Made by a program: the position numbers and the translations under genes. A stretch of 63,787 nucleotides of DNA, the filler included, from Octopus bimaculoides (Eukaryota), in the NCBI RefSeq assembly GCF_001194135.2. It is 5 parts of 5 records of this genome, joined end to end, with 100 filler letters (N's around TTAATTAATTAA, not from the genome) between each part and the next. Parts side by side here need not be neighbours in the genome. Positions count along the whole stretch, not along the records: positions 62,746 to 63,787 come from NC_069009.1; 4 more parts are not named here. One strand, given 5' to 3'. A model generated the notes under the pieces. It was given only the letters and a program-made list of their open reading frames with translations. It was not told the DNA's origin and made no database searches. This document shows positions 63,111 through 63,787 of the stretch, in pieces (within the stretch, counting starts at the first letter, position 1; every line of letters starts with the position of its first letter).

Positions 63111-63149
63111 AAAAAAAACTTGTGGCCACATGCGGTCAAGCATGGCAAC

Positions 63150-63787
63150 TGATTTAAACTCATGGCCATCGTTTTGCTACGTTGTTATTATTGAGAGCCT
63201 CGTCTGATATGTGCCACTTGGTGATTAAGGGAGTTTGATGTCACTGCCCTCATTTGCCCAACCTGCTTGCAAGGTAGATTCATCTGGGACTCTCGACAGG
63301 AAGAGATCCAGTTTTGTTTTGAAAACACCTACATCCACTTTGTGTAGGTCCCTCAGGCTCTTTGAGAGAATATTAAAAAGCTGTGGTCCCTTGAAACCCA
63401 GGTTATTGCAGTAACTAGTCCTGAAGCCTGATGGCATTATTTGGATCTTTGGCACAGTGCAGTGGCAACCTATTCTAGCATTTGTATAGCTTTCAATGCC
63501 AAAATTTGGCACAATCCCTTCCAATATCTTCCAGATGTATTTTACTGCATATCTCTCCTGCCTTCTCTTCAGGGAGTAGAGTCTTAGCTGTTTCAGCCAT
63601 TCCCAGTAGCTGAGCAGTTGCAATGAGACGATCTTTGTGGAGCTTCACCGGATTACTTTGAGGTGCACTGTTAATTTTACATTGTGAAGTGACCATAGTT
63701 GGGGGCAGTAGTCAAGGCAGCTGAGGACAAATGTCCTCCAGAGGACCATTATGATTTCTTTCTCTCTGGTTCAGAAGGTTCTCAGGA
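63150..63787 (-). mobile_element. CR1/L2-like LINE 3' region, runs off the window end
   Basis: LYSLKRRQERYAVKYIWKILEGIVPN..SYCNNLGFKGPQLFNILSKSLRDL..VFKTKLDLFLSRVPDE. Confidence 0.8.

Overview
Eukaryotic, AT-rich, microsatellite-dense genomic DNA with many N-gaps. The repeat families look like those of Octopus (coleoid cephalopod); this is inferred from repeat recognition, not from a database search. One host gene is clear: an R-spondin (RSPO) on the + strand with four well-supported coding exons (FU1 8423-8641, FU2 10152-10301, TSP1 11559-11744, basic tail 12740-13053). All introns are GT-AG phase 1 and the exons splice into one open frame of 289 aa. The signal-peptide exon is unresolved (weak candidate 216-438). 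The rest is a transposon graveyard: tRNA-derived SINEs, Penelope-like elements (PLEs), R4/Dong-, RTE-, CR1/L2- and HERO-like LINEs, a Gypsy LTR element, mariner/hAT remnants and fold-back MITE-like palindromes. None is intact. Most interesting: (i) a protostome R-spondin with vertebrate-like exon architecture, an intact ZNRF3/RNF43-type loop, a Phe-to-Tyr change at one LGR-contact position and a very long Arg/Lys tail; (ii) five hand-folded minimal hammerhead-ribozyme-like motifs, including a head-to-head pair at 24.8-25.0 kb and a sense-strand copy in RSPO intron; (iii) a PHD finger inside a LINE reverse transcriptase; (iv) a 5'-inverted RTE insertion with a 6-bp TSD nested in a Dong/R4 LINE. 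Four TTAATTAATTAA blocks inside 100-bp gaps are scaffolding linkers, so contiguity beyond about 27.4 kb is assembly-derived. TE boundaries are approximate.
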